A stretch of DNA of 64,000 nt, taken from a virus. The translations under genes were made by a program, and so were the position numbers. Positions within the stretch are counted from its first letter, which is position 1. The number at the start of each line of letters is the position of its first letter. This document shows positions 34,101 through 41,039 of this stretch, in pieces. The stretch lies in the IMG/VR virus record IMGVR_UViG_3300006735_000026, positions 9,533 to 73,532 of that record. One strand, given 5' to 3'. Under the pieces are notes generated by a model. That model saw only the letters and a program-made list of their open reading frames with translations, searched no databases and was not told the origin of the DNA.

Positions 34101-37100
34101 GCCAGAACCGCCTCCACCGACGATAGAGACCAGAGGGGATGAAGTATATCCAGATCCACCTGCATCGACGTTAATGGACGTAATAGAACCATCAACTACA
34201 ACACTGGCCGCGGCACCCGCTCCACCACCACCAGAAACGGTGATTGTAGGAGGAGATGCTGCATCATAATCAGAACCAGCATTAGTAATATCGATTGAAG
34301 TTACAGGTCCAAATGTTTTAGTCAAACTAGACTTGTAAGACCAAATAGATACGCCATTGACCCATGTACCAATAGGACCAGGAACAATAGTGTTCTTAGT
34401 CGAAATTGTTTGAGGAACCAGAGGGAATCTGTTTAATTTACGCTGGTTACCAGGTAACAACGCAGATCCAGGGAAAGGACCAACTGCATAGTTGGGAATA
34501 CCAGTAGATGCAACATAGACAGAGTTGTCGTTAAAGAACGAGTTCTGTACGTTAGTTGTGTAAGGTCCAATAGAATTAAGAACCGCAGCATTATCAGACT
34601 TACCTTTGTTCAAGTCAACTGATACTAAGATATTACCCTGAGGAATAACGGTAGCAGGAGCAGGAAGTTGATATTGGAATACAGTTTCACTGTCTCTAGA
34701 GGTAACAAAGAAAGATCCGTTGTAAATGATTGGGTTTGCACCATAAACGGTAACCTGATCACCAACCAGCAGACCATGTGGATTGGAGCAGGTAATCGTT
34801 GCAAAACGATTGTCGATACCACCGAAAGTTACATCAGTGACTTCAATCAGTTTTTTGACGTTGTACAACCAGGTTCTAAGTTCTGGTTTAGTAGATGTAC
34901 CACCAAGTTTAGATACGGTGAGTTTATCACCAGCAAGATAGTAAGATCCAGTGTCAGTAAGAGTCGTTTGTTGTGCATCGACAATACCAACAACATTCAG
35001 AACTACTTCCTGTGCAGTTCCTTTATTGATGAAAACAGTAAAGTTAGATGATACAGGTGTAGCAGAATCCCAGTCCTCAACAACACCATTTACAGAACGA
35101 GTACATTCGATGAACTGGTTAAGAGACTTTTCCTTATATTGAACTACTTCTGATCCACTGATTACAAATTCACCGTTTCTTTCTGGCCAACCAATGGTAG
35201 AGTCAACTGTAATGACGTTATCTTCTGTTCCGAGAGGTTCTGCAAGTTTTGTCTTATAAGGAACTGTGAATGAACCCGTAATGGTTTCTTCAGACAGAAC
35301 AAGTTCAAAGATCTCAACTTCAGAAGTTTTGATAGAAATATAGTTTTCAACTAGAGCACTTGCATCTCTGATGTTAGGATCTGCAATATCCGCTTCTTGA
35401 GTCAGCAGACCATCTTTAATATTTGTAGGATCACCACTTACTAATGTGGCACGAAGAATCGTATCAATAGACCAAGTTGCAGAAGATGGTTTAATGATTT
35501 GATCTTTGGGGTATGAAATGCTGATCTGTTCTCCGTAGAGAAGTTTGAACAGATATGCAACACTAAAAGAAGTACCCTTAGCAGAATAAAAATCTTTTAC
35601 AGACTTAATTGCTGTACGAACATCAATCTTCTTGTAATCCAGTTCAGGAACATCAGGAAGGAACTGTTCGGTATATTTGTCTAAAAGTCTCTTGATAAAG
35701 AGAGCATCAAGACACTTGACATTATCATCAATGGCAGCAGGCATTGCCATTGTGTTATTTGAGAAAATAGCATTACCACTTTCTGTGTATGCGGTTATGC
35801 CACTTGCCGCTCTGGCACAACCAACAAATTGTGCTTTGGTATATCCAGAACCTGCTTTATTAATAGAGAATCCAGTAATTTCGTTTAGACCAATCTCAAC
35901 AGATGCTTCTGCTTGAGGGGGTGACTGGATAACGACTTGTGGTGGATTAGCAGCACTATATCCACTACCAAAGTTGTTAACATTGATATCAGTGATTCTA
36001 CCGTTGAAGATAGATGCTGTTGCAGTTGCACCAGTACCACCGTTAGTTCTGTTATCAACAATATAAACTGAGGGGACATCTTCATATCCACTGCCACCAC
36101 TCAGGAGTTCAATGCCAATAACACGTCCATCACCATCAACTTGAGTTTGGAGAACTTGAGCACCAGTAGGATCAACTACAGCAATTCTAGGAGTAGTTGT
36201 ATAACCCTGACCAGCATTCAATACATTAATACTAGTAATTACACCATTGGTAAGAACTGCTTGAAGATTTGCTCTGATAGGGTTAGTTCCTATCGGTTCA
36301 TCAACATAAATCTCGGGTGCCGTAGTATATCCCTGACCACCATCAACAATAGGGATAGTTCCAGTAATAGCACCATTAGAAATGGTTGGAGTGCCAAGAA
36401 CAGCACCACCAGGTTGCTTAAACGTTACTCTAGGAGTAAAAGTATATCCACTACCAGAACTGACGATATCAACAGCGGTGATACTACCATTGGTAACAGT
36501 TGCCTTCAGTTCAGCAATTTTAGATCCAGCAACAGTAGGATTCTGAATAACTACGGTTGGTGGGTTAGTATCGCTATATCCTCTACCACCATCGAGAAGA
36601 GTAGATGATTTGATACCATTTACAAGAGCAGTAGCATTTGCACCAGTACCACTATTGATAGCACTGATATTAACTTTAGGTGGATATTGGAATCTATAGT
36701 TACTTCCATTTTCATTGATAGAAATAGAAGTTAACTCTCCAGTATTATTGATACGAGCATAACCAATTGCTCCAGAACCAAATGAGGGGATTGGTGCCTC
36801 AATAGAATACAGAGATAAAAATCTTCCGTTTAGTGGTGCTTCATTAAAGATGAAAATATCACCATCTAAGAAGTAATCAACTTTAGGAATTAAAAGTTTG
36901 TTATCATAAACAGCAATTACATATTCATCAACAATAGGTTCATATTTTGCGCCATTTCTAGTCAGTTTGAACTGAGTCTTACCCTCACCAAAAGAGTTTG
37001 AAATATTATCAGTACCAACGATAGTATTTTCAATAAAACCACTCAGGTGGGTAATATAAGTCGCTGAATTATCGTCAGATGCAATTCTGGTTCTAGGTGC

Positions 37101-37664
37101 AGTTGTGAAGACAATATTCGTTCCACTAATCGTATAATCCGTGCCAGGAATCAAAACCTCGCCATAAACACTAACAATGAGGTGTTGAGGACTAGGAGGT
37201 CCAATTGGATTGGATTGAGATGTTAAAGGGAAAGAACGAGTAGTGCCATCAAACAGATCGATGATCTGAGCAAGAGTTGTCCACTTAAGTTTTACCTGTT
37301 CATAAGAGATACCAGGAGTCAGAGCAATGTTTGGAGAAGCAGTTGTGCTCTCGTAGTAAATTACTTCGTCGCCAATTAAGATCGAACCATTCGCATCTAA
37401 AAATTGATCAACAGACTCAACAACAATATTATCACTAGACGCCGAGATTGCTTCTACAACCTTAGTTGAACCATCAAGAATTCCAATATCCAGTTTGTCA
37501 ATATCCAGATATTGTAGGAAGTTATTGACGATATTCTGACCAAGACCTGTCTTTTCCTGAGACCTGTAATAATATTCTATGAATTTATTGAACAGGGGAT
37601 ATTCAGACCCAATAAAGTCGGGAGTCTGACTCGCAATAGACTGAGAAACCTTATTAATATTCAT
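19119..37664 (-). CDS. gp7: Baseplate wedge initiator gp7, giant cyanophage form (6181 aa)
   Basis: Between gp6 and gp8. Q.P.FI..EYPLF.KFIEYYY start, IKSVKDFYSAKGTSFSVAYLFKLLYGE, and QKIQDSYYYQDFSYAVKS...HPASFKVFGE. Contains GSGY repeats, a YHYH-like segment and two LamG-like domains. Confidence 0.88.
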   Translation of the reverse strand: MNINKVSQSIASQTPDFIGSEYPLFNKFIEYYYRSQEKTGLGQNIVNNFLQYLDIDKLDIGILDGSTKVVEAISASSDNIVVESVDQFLDANGSILIGDEVIYYESTTASPNIALTPGISYEQVKLKWTTLAQIIDLFDGTTRSFPLTSQSNPIGPPSPQHLIVSVYGEVLIPGTDYTISGTNIVFTTAPRTRIASDDNSATYITHLSGFIENTIVGTDNISNSFGEGKTQFKLTRNGAKYEPIVDEYVIAVYDNKLLIPKVDYFLDGDIFIFNEAPLNGRFLSLYSIEAPIPSFGSGAIGYARINNTGELTSISINENGSNYRFQYPPKVNISAINSGTGANATALVNGIKSSTLLDGGRGYSDTNPPTVVIQNPTVAGSKIAELKATVTNGSITAVDIVSSGSGYTFTPRVTFKQPGGAVLGTPTISNGAITGTIPIVDGGQGYTTAPEIYVDEPIGTNPIRANLQAVLTNGVITSINVLNAGQGYTTTPRIAVVDPTGAQVLQTQVDGDGRVIGIELLSGGSGYEDVPSVYIVDNRTNGGTGATATASIFNGRITDINVNNFGSGYSAANPPQVVIQSPPQAEASVEIGLNEITGFSINKAGSGYTKAQFVGCARAASGITAYTESGNAIFSNNTMAMPAAIDDNVKCLDALFIKRLLDKYTEQFLPDVPELDYKKIDVRTAIKSVKDFYSAKGTSFSVAYLFKLLYGEQISISYPKDQIIKPSSATWSIDTILRATLVSGDPTNIKDGLLTQEADIADPNIRDASALVENYISIKTSEVEIFELVLSEETITGSFTVPYKTKLAEPLGTEDNVITVDSTIGWPERNGEFVISGSEVVQYKEKSLNQFIECTRSVNGVVEDWDSATPVSSNFTVFINKGTAQEVVLNVVGIVDAQQTTLTDTGSYYLAGDKLTVSKLGGTSTKPELRTWLYNVKKLIEVTDVTFGGIDNRFATITCSNPHGLLVGDQVTVYGANPIIYNGSFFVTSRDSETVFQYQLPAPATVIPQGNILVSVDLNKGKSDNAAVLNSIGPYTTNVQNSFFNDNSVYVASTGIPNYAVGPFPGSALLPGNQRKLNRFPLVPQTISTKNTIVPGPIGTWVNGVSIWSYKSSLTKTFGPVTSIDITNAGSDYDAASPPTITVSGGGGAGAAASVVVDGSITSINVDAGGSGYTSSPLVSIVGGGGSGAAATAIITKGVVSRILMNSGGTGYTSQPSITIVGGGGTGATATASVRGPIRSISVDEGGASYTSKPTISLSSGSGAVAQAIVSNGRIISIAIISAGSGYTTAPEITIQGDGFGALARATIDTDGENAGRVTSIEILNRGINYVQGTTLINLTSVGNNATFSSNVFQWTYNLEQTTTFDSAQGAVFAGFNNQYGGEYAHLSNPQRLRYILGDNLFENTNGDIREQEDQLTHSPIIGWSFDGNPIYGPYGYTDPTDQSSEITRLDTSYRLKTNIVYNADTNPYPVRTAGPLLTDEPAGKFIEDYEYVFGLGDLDQYNGRFCKTPDFPEGRYCYFVTIDTTELGNALFPYVMGPDFNSVVDSWNLNKDAVQQNIPTGVVRYRDPYENVDIDVERAPNASTNALTTEGGDILLFDVEDENRDGIIDAAETADPDQLFEESPLQLFDYFPSVRFDSKVDIEVETITKFEDAAVTGFIVENPGKSYQVNDILTFDNTDTEGIGVSARVSRITGETITSYGFETVSDKNYGVVQTQVPHNIAAGDTVYVNYNPVMDNTNKQFVVRQLKGIEELVIEQSGSGYDEEIPPTIIIDGDGESAELKAVVTSVGSIETVNIVNSGSGYTKNPRVILSHPQVFKKADYYVSTIANQNYVKVNDIVVNDDKELFVCGKTLDANSNEVAFVSKFSALGVKEWEKTLESQTGETYTEFNNIDVSGNNIWVVGENKPNAPILAAYNPDIILAKYTQAADGLSATLNFQKGYAGISGSTRADHVTAIKRYSDTRYIIGGFTNTNSANPYDAFIASIDSTGNFAAKRKISTSSKSEKLRDLIVLDDAVYFVLETADASGNDDIRVSFGKALIGTSAITVEWIKEVNSSLYSFLDVSLVSDEFKECYVSATLRLKSDNTTKDSFWVGKFDTTGDLLWNYRYVAPSGQTVEVAKKCVIDIFGDLNVAFSRTDNTTTYKTVDTVKIGYDGKLKTHTNNEFNKNNIEGISAHALAVDNSGDVYTFGQTSWNRNEFIFAFESGETGDSCSHYTATYTGTNGAIQYLANAAYMPAYQTASPSVWENANIKIPAAQLGTKLNDDWTCEFMVYKNGSEYNTHSQTQVTLMAIGDATVSTGGLWLYYDLSSGKLELVVTNNTTALNSAGSALQSVSTTMFADNTWQFVAVQKSGNSFTGYINGIQVFTGTIASTSLGNKDLFFGNIPGRSTTLGQFRKNEQFQGYFDNIRLRNRAVTPTVPSDVSALPASGAYGLAFSWVDTAWFTTNLNRYDYIDYIGWGIKTDKNSDAARLGDKGVQTNTGIGFGRSAITPVTGSTLTVTNIGLALGDVGLQTLDFDDATITLAQDTETLTYAVDEWSSRTSTVPSPGSQKLKVTAVVRNRYYMKVTNTVKIDNVQELTINQAFNFTVGAKLRLNNAAGTFVNSGYILSVDKVNNKVLVAVNNNAWSDDLNTGNLVTEQFAEQSTYGITGPVPQDINDITDYIFEKIDNTTPGTFDIDLDKYNLDGTYNAGGGQNLDSFATFKPFNTDFYSVKIEEVSGSSSFIVGSVVNITASDISFNAAFTTAQITNLTGVLKITLVSTLSKTLQCTAVANTDEVYVITADKHYLTAGENINVDGNPSQESGGVTYDEYDGSFTVDRVVSSKEFTYKLSAAAITAPATSAGGVSIFVKSPVLKMYYGHQYLFDLSHSSMAGANLSFSKDNLFKLEYSFNSIERIGTPGLTGEGQPTPTVKLKVDRDIVTNISYYFDPSRTGSESPIAAGSYLDIVDSPYLGTFTVTDTSGGTITTGDNVFKFLLPNEPEGVATVSQSSYSTSSTKAVGPIDSIRIVNAGGFYSRLPIVTGIQSSRKIERVDINEPGTEYAPGVYNGVPIGGDGEGGLVSILVADGTDSEGVLIPGQVQEVVVTSPGKGYTTATIDIEAIDGILGAGLTGSGAELEVVIPPFGTGASIFTKGDKVGKIKKLKNNNFGYDYPHDYTLRPEITFPINAQLTSTSILDSITVTNPGSGYSQAPAVVITGGGGIGAIAEATIRNGRIDQILVKDPGSGYSSEPAVALKSSFNYVVNLDLGLLQFAFPHGIVNGSEVTLTVTDTGDGADFPLAAGALGRLNSTTTYFAITGSANSLEDDQLKLAITSANAELGDAITFANAGVGRQSLLTESFGAAATANVITSTFLEGELVYQGDTFETATATGYVSTNSGWQVGPRILKIVDYTGDFSANQRVTGVISKSSGIISDLKIAKGVLEIGSITKTTGQFIDDVGKPSEIIQKIQDSYYYQDFSYAVKSSVSIDDWKDILIKNVHPASFKVFGELNLNEYGSIPNKITDFELTKSVELARESIVPNIQNFSLVEPLYSEFNNTEVLFRQKRLTSSENILTSVVQRIDDISNLFDGERIAFPLTVSGSNVVANANQLMIVLNGVAQTPNTSFEIQGDSIVFSEPPQPPASVKYVNVTVNQISTVSFTFTNQSGIFPYTGNTLIGVSSTARLTVTKVVGDVIEGYVTEGTFIIGELCTVGATGFSANLATNTPITNIGLFAFGETVTNLQGDTAKVEQINLQRGQETPLADLRYTIGAATTTFEVVTTASGADAPVPAGTFVQGQKYQFGSEIFTVNTITDGSDSTTLGVTRGEDGTQPVAQQEDIPIYGTQISVTDDLTLSKTAGTYQSTPGLYDIELNDVIIGASSGVVAQITSTATYQDPVTQEFIGQVNISEGSSFFGLLFNRITSQTYPNIVLDDISKSTVSIVDFTDNSTAFDIRFPSNELINNFVIPYDNASGALQQDEFIRNYKLEYGTSSADFFANEPGKTRKLTFKDSVGSGFFGAGQIIRTTDTKAEVIGYNQARRTLYLGKIGRTQSTGADYHSATFTAGAGLNTYNERYGTACLALSPGVAPHTFVSGVTNAITASVGASGTFTAQAGTTYDALSGLLVLNIGTHSLTTSNKVTIADNGITFTCDQDNNTSNKTYPRATDPASGQALTITATTSTTVTVNVGAVPVDEYISYATSTEFGFGTGAFTVELWIKPLSVAAGSKTLFDFRTTATELSPYLYLDGANLKYYNNGSVTITGTTNLVAGTWYHVAISRSGSTTKMFLNGTQEGSDYSDASNYGSTKPIRIGATYNAASVFPGYVDEFRVSTNARYTGTFTAPAGIFQGDSNTKLLLHFDGTEGQTYVDDWSGSEGFTKGEEFNNDAILATSRVTGAPAGFAGKTQRYYDAANLLLANKDFIAKETVYLLTQQYPSLAIPGGNVNCEDDIVDVIEELVEDLRNGGNSHIWDTAALYVNRTTTPITINHVDGEQVETVWAFDKAKEIAQYIITNTLWTVTGSHGLTQKTDTTITDSSTSSFTQFNVTAPTTYDAASGDLVLTIGSHSLTTASRIGIATESLTFTCAQDNNDRQTAYPRAIAGDGSPDPAYNAVLPVKAVTGTTITVNIGASPVGQQYAHTFVSATANAVTVLDYTTGDCADVWSTVGNLMDIITDTLENANLSSPVDHLASVTKVEPAYEFQGGTVDAFLETDFTVSYQDTVNDLVYSNQIDGDAQYRFRDAAGLIRANRTPIVDKAAADMIARYPDLAQDMPRNQNGGSTDGTLRCKTDLGQILDAIANDIENGGNRNTITAGNFYVGANGELQHIRLQAFQSIYAHDRLGYYAKQAITGDLDETNTDAIIVGDWGITQDGGNCANVQSAIDTLITTINDIIAPTDEDFEIAADRIYFNRNYIAEEITGLTTQEFTYDLNGVNYSALTYPGSNGAATCQRDLKLILLSIISDLQTGGTNSTIQAIELYLNANLTINHIENELLATIYSIELLKTFAERAVQNLLYDQFAAVTGDQYAAQFTSQTAYRDVLTPTAINNVIYRIRDLVDTSVAILAPGKDEARSAAKNLLYNKNYYKEEISTQAIAQFGVGAWTYDTFVEGLVDDIVHDLITTDVDVSVSAYTITLSASTGAFVVGETVTSSGGGTATVLDWDAEDEILYVGAFTGTAWAAADTLSAPSSATGTIATSGVSSAYDWYTSPANVKILAKARTITSNIAGQISGINLFTNPEAFAANWQVNDLGGVDSLLITNNSIAAPDATVTAEKFFAANSNGGVHDTFRDYSLTAFETFDSGTVKFDTSNETFDTGSAGIDATQTFTYSVFFKTAGSQSVRFQLTLDPGAASEQNIFFDLNLNAGTTGSLFIPQGGITGDAFGAVPYGDGWYRAYITTTFGFGFSTLRSSVIVNSATGANNWTGDGSVGAYLWGAKLNKGALDPYTAVSGEIFYADTEYNIKNYAINLLEGFMGQALDGTLTSPSTSAGFYSYYDATKAGDYTKATIQRSIRYGLNIIREQLTTDSYYTTLIQVNGISLVAKTYGVRDIPVGIAGGLQGSDYIYGLNSDSYAELEGITVNEAKVVQVYKRFRIDGTITDGPFIMGEVVTKQGAPSVTGVVYGFHEDANYKYLDVRVTAGPWAVTDTLVGATNSTTAQISAEEDRLHVIDLKGDFANDIPFKGYTSGNSATPTGFLKTQAAVTSNAGGTLTVDTPSLLGSFEKTSVVYPESSREYLDVSKYAGLDVQVGQRIASEGYIRLGVAIVSGLNVFTVGNRIYKVVNGNQDTSNYGIITEVDLGNNYIYITEVVGSFSNGDLIGDYGVGNSFPVGYASISTKVTTAGAAAALVQDIRPVGLNRRIYLSDIRGTFDVKDSIKGLDGYRAAVLSKVELKARTKRAFKGFDGTQTNFKLTTDNGTQYLPDPAGHLLIFINGVLQPPGATNAFTAFSDEIQFTEAPDPGASFTGFYVGKLRQLDDISFEFDSLRQSFNLKRNDVFYSLTLTDGVQSSVIRPENNIIVSINGVLQEPGVGFEIVGSRIIFSEIPRVGSTFVAFSYVGSEADVEAATVVPPIESGDFIEIQGETSPREVALIESSNSLITFDYLGSVFGQDGQASANLTSGFIDRVQVTAGGSNYTSRPTVRLDSISGFDGQVRALVGVAGVEMSNAGSGYQNPEVIVETSVPDDWTAPDLSLYGEEVIDPEIL

Positions 37665-37672
37665 CTCTTAAT

Positions 37673-39706
37673 TTAGAAGCAACTTGTGTTACTAATAGAA
37701 CCGTTGTTGTCGATGTCGGGAATGTCAATCGTTGTTGGTGTTTGATTGAATTCCGTTGGCGTCAAACTATTTAGAGGGATTGTGGGGGGTGATGTCGTGC
37801 CCACAGGAACAACTGTAATCGTTGGAGTAATAATATTAATGACTGTTCCAGGAGTGGAAGCAGGAATCGTTGTTGTGTTAGCAGGAACAAATACAACAGG
37901 AATTTGGATATCAACAGGAATCTGTGTCGGATCCGAAACGTTACCAATTCCAGTCGTAGGATCTGTAGTGGTGATTGCGCTAGCGGGAGGAATGTTGGTG
38001 CCTGAACCAATTACATTGATAGGACCAAAACAGACTTGACCAGTATCATAATTGACTGTACCAGCAGTATCGTTGGTATAGATCTTTCTAGTACCAGTAT
38101 TGTAGAAAGTTCTCAGGTTACCAAAACCATCATCTTCAAATTGCTGATCAACACCAGGTCTGTCCGCAGTTCTGAACGTACCAGAGAGAAGAATAGGTTC
38201 TTTCTTACAAGTAGTTCCGTCACTACCATCCTGACTAGGAGCACTGTTGTATAAATCAGATCCAGTGGAAATACAGTAAGTATTTGTCTGGTTAGGAGTT
38301 GGTTTTAGATATTTTAAAATAGTAGTTTGTAGAGAAACGTCGTTAACACACTTATTGGAGAGTGTGACTGCTTTCTCAAAGTCAGTTGCTCTAAATGTAG
38401 AGTTGAAATTATTAATTTGGGTTTGTGTTGCCCAGTCTTGAATACCTAGGTTGATATCACTCTGAATTTCTGCTGGGTTAGATCCGCAACCAGGATCGTA
38501 AGAAACAAACAGTTTCAGGTTGATATAGATGTCATCTGGATCTGTAATCACAGGATCGATAGATGCCATCGCATATTTTCTTAAATCCGCTTGAATATCT
38601 TTCTTCGTAGCGTCATTTAGCAGAGATCCCGTCTTTGTTTTGATAACAACGAAGACTTTTCCGTAGACAGGGGGATTTAAGGCATCTCCACCGTATGCAA
38701 CTACGGAACTTGCGTTAGAATATAGATTTCTAGTGATAATTGCGTAGTCTTGCGCGGTAACTGCTCTATATTGCGCGGAATAATATCTAGGAGCGTTATA
38801 TTTGATCGATTCTACGGTTTCTGCAGCATCACCCTGTTGAGATTTCTCTTTTACAGTAATTTCAATCGACGCTGCTTGATATACAATGTTATTGTTATCG
38901 ATCATACGACCGATAAAGTTAAATCTGGAAACTTCGTTCGCTTCAGCACCAGAAGTGACAAGATATTCTAATTCTACTACCTCACCATCGGTAGGAGCAC
39001 GACCAACACTATTATCACCGAACTTAATTTCATAACGCATGTCCTCACCTTCATTGAGGAAGTATGCTCGTGTTGTCGGAGTCAAGTTGGTAATAGTATC
39101 GACTCTATTATAAAGATCAAACTCTGTAGAAGACTCATTGGGTCTCACTTTCACTACAAGAGTTGAAATATCAGCATCTTCAGAAGGAACCTTATAAACC
39201 TGAGGTGCAAAGGTGTTAACAACGTATGAGAAGGTAACAATAGAACCTTCACGGATAGTTACTGCATCAAAAACTGCAATTCCTGTTGTAGGACTAACAC
39301 TAACAGTTATATCCTGAAGAATATTCCAAATATAAGCACCACCACTACATACCGTGCCTTTTTTCAGTACAACAGAAGACGGATATGCGCCATTTGTCTG
39401 TACAGTCTGCAATGTAAATGCTAAACACGCCTTAGATGACGAAATTGACCTAGGAACGTAATTTAACAGTTTTGCAATATTAACAACATTATCCCGAACA
39501 GTCGCAGAAGGCAGAAATGCCTCATTCATTGACATGTTAGCGTTAAACGCAGAATAATATGTATTATACGCTAAGGTGTCAATTAAATACGACAGCGCAG
39601 ATCCATTAAAGTCATAATCCGTAAATTCGGGTCGTGTCCTTAAATAAGATTTGATTGATGATTTGATATCATCAAAATCTAATGCTGTTAAATTGTTTGG
39701 TTGCAT
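37673..39706 (-). CDS. gp6: Baseplate wedge subunit gp6
   Basis: LDFDDIKSSIKSYL...FTDYDFNGSALSYLIDTLAYNTYY, ETVESIKYNAPRYYSAQYRAVTAQDY and PPVYGKVF. Confidence 0.95.
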   Translation of the reverse strand: MQPNNLTALDFDDIKSSIKSYLRTRPEFTDYDFNGSALSYLIDTLAYNTYYSAFNANMSMNEAFLPSATVRDNVVNIAKLLNYVPRSISSSKACLAFTLQTVQTNGAYPSSVVLKKGTVCSGGAYIWNILQDITVSVSPTTGIAVFDAVTIREGSIVTFSYVVNTFAPQVYKVPSEDADISTLVVKVRPNESSTEFDLYNRVDTITNLTPTTRAYFLNEGEDMRYEIKFGDNSVGRAPTDGEVVELEYLVTSGAEANEVSRFNFIGRMIDNNNIVYQAASIEITVKEKSQQGDAAETVESIKYNAPRYYSAQYRAVTAQDYAIITRNLYSNASSVVAYGGDALNPPVYGKVFVVIKTKTGSLLNDATKKDIQADLRKYAMASIDPVITDPDDIYINLKLFVSYDPGCGSNPAEIQSDINLGIQDWATQTQINNFNSTFRATDFEKAVTLSNKCVNDVSLQTTILKYLKPTPNQTNTYCISTGSDLYNSAPSQDGSDGTTCKKEPILLSGTFRTADRPGVDQQFEDDGFGNLRTFYNTGTRKIYTNDTAGTVNYDTGQVCFGPINVIGSGTNIPPASAITTTDPTTGIGNVSDPTQIPVDIQIPVVFVPANTTTIPASTPGTVINIITPTITVVPVGTTSPPTIPLNSLTPTEFNQTPTTIDIPDIDNNGSISNTSCF

Positions 39707-40125
39707 TACTCAGGTCTCTGTAAAACAAAATTGATTGTTTCGACAATTGGTAACCCGACTACTTTGTATTCAATGGTAATATTGATTTTATTACCTTCAT
39801 AAACAGGCGTCACTAAAACATTTTCAAGTTGTACTCTAGGTTCATATTGTTTAATGGTATTTATGATCTCTTCTGTAAGAGCATCAGCAGTAAATGGATC
39901 TAAAGGTTCAAATAACAAGGAGTTAACTTTAGATCCAAAATTGGGTTCAAAGGGTCTTTCTCCAGGTGTTGTCAAAATCAGGTTTTTTATTGCCTGTTTG
40001 ATAGCACCTTCATTCTTTACGACTGATATATCGTCAGTAAAGGGATTTCTGGAGAAATTAACTGCCATATCCACGAATTTTCGTGATATCGCTAGATCCT
40101 TACCCCCAATTTTCTTTAACGCCAT
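39706..40125 (-). CDS. gp25: Baseplate wedge subunit gp25
   Basis: AIKQAIKNLILTTPGERPFEPNFGS...LLFEP...IKQYEPRV (GPW/gp25 family). Confidence 0.95.
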   Translation of the reverse strand: MALKKIGGKDLAISRKFVDMAVNFSRNPFTDDISVVKNEGAIKQAIKNLILTTPGERPFEPNFGSKVNSLLFEPLDPFTADALTEEIINTIKQYEPRVQLENVLVTPVYEGNKINITIEYKVVGLPIVETINFVLQRPE

Positions 40126-40274
40126 TTTCTGAAGTTCTCAGTCTCTTGTGTTTGTCGATTATCCTTGTACAACTTGAGGTAACGATCAGATTTTGGGTCT
40201 GTGATTAGTACAATTGTACCAAAATCATCTTTCATCATCTCAGGATTGTGGTCAGGAACGTGATTTAACCCCAT
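40116..40274 (-). CDS. Small hypothetical protein (52 aa)
   Basis: Manually translated MGLNHVPDHNPEMMKDDFGTIVLITDPKSDRYL...; AGGAGG SD upstream; overlaps gp25 start. Confidence 0.7.
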   Translation of the reverse strand: MGLNHVPDHNPEMMKDDFGTIVLITDPKSDRYLKLYKDNRQTQETENFRKWR

Positions 40275-40326
40275 GTGCCTCCTTTTATGTAAAAATCAGA
40301 ACTTATAAAGGGGTTCCATCCCTTTT

Positions 40327-40333
40327 TATTTAT
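40327..40333 (-). promoter_or_regulatory. T4-type late promoter (ATAAATA)
   Basis: Overlaps the stop at 40330; followed by hairpin AAAGGGA-TGGAA-CCCCTTT (40307-40325). Confidence 0.6.
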
Positions 40334-40476
40334 CGACCTTGACCACGATAACGCTTCTTGGCGTTATTTCGACTTGTCGAACCATACTTTGTGTGTTGAC
40401 CAGACCCCTGACGAGTTTTCTTAGGAGTCGATTCGATCATATTTGCGCCAGAAAGCGACTTTTTAACTTTTGCCAT
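40330..40476 (-). CDS. Small Lys/Arg-rich protein (48 aa)
   Basis: Manually translated MAKVKKSLSGANMIESTPKKTRQGSGQHTKYGSTSRNNAKKRYRGQGR; fills the gap after the PAAR gene. Confidence 0.75.
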   Translation of the reverse strand: MAKVKKSLSGANMIESTPKKTRQGSGQHTKYGSTSRNNAKKRYRGQGR

Positions 40477-40478
40477 AA

Positions 40479-41033
40479 TTAAGCTCCAATAAAAACGTTA
40501 GGACTTGCACCTGTGATAACAGATAGACACGGAAACGCTGGCGTACCATCACCTAAGGGGTCTCCAAAGCGTGTTGCAAAGACACCACCGATAAAGACAG
40601 TCTTACTAGTCGCTAATGCCTTCCTAGCATGACCTTTAGCGGTCTCTCTACCACCCTCTACACCAACTGTACACCACCAAGCAGGTGTATTGCGTACAGT
40701 AAGGCATTTCGTACCAACAGATGTTGTAGTAAACTGTGTAGGTGTAGGATGTGGAATTAAAAGATCTTGATCTACAATAGGAACTTTCTTATTGATGAAA
40801 ACCCTTGCGGCAACTGCTTTTGCGACACCCAATGGTTGTTGTGGTGTAGGTGGCCAAATAGCAACTGCATTAACTGCAGGTAAGGGCGAAGCAACGATTG
40901 TAGGACTAAGGGAAGGATGAGGACAGTTGGGAAGAGTACCGCCACCCAAACCAGGATGGTGAGATGCACCAGCACCAGTACCATGCCCAGAGCATGATCC
41001 CATGAAGATGCCTGCCATTAGTCCTTTTGCCAT
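40479..41033 (-). CDS. PAAR-like baseplate spike tip protein (gp5.4-like, extended)
   Basis: CSGHG, VFINKK...DLLIPH, GHAR...SKTVFIGG...R.GD and C-terminal CLSVITGASPNVFIG; location upstream of gp25. Confidence 0.75.
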   Translation of the reverse strand: MAKGLMAGIFMGSCSGHGTGAGASHHPGLGGGTLPNCPHPSLSPTIVASPLPAVNAVAIWPPTPQQPLGVAKAVAARVFINKKVPIVDQDLLIPHPTPTQFTTTSVGTKCLTVRNTPAWWCTVGVEGGRETAKGHARKALATSKTVFIGGVFATRFGDPLGDGTPAFPCLSVITGASPNVFIGA

Positions 41034-41039
41034 GATCTT

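Noticed and set aside
19119-37664. Intein or intron as the cause of the giant gp7 size
   Set aside because: No intein C...HN(C/S/T) junctions or homing-endonuclease motifs were noticed, the frame is uninterrupted, and the size is explained by repeats and adhesin domains
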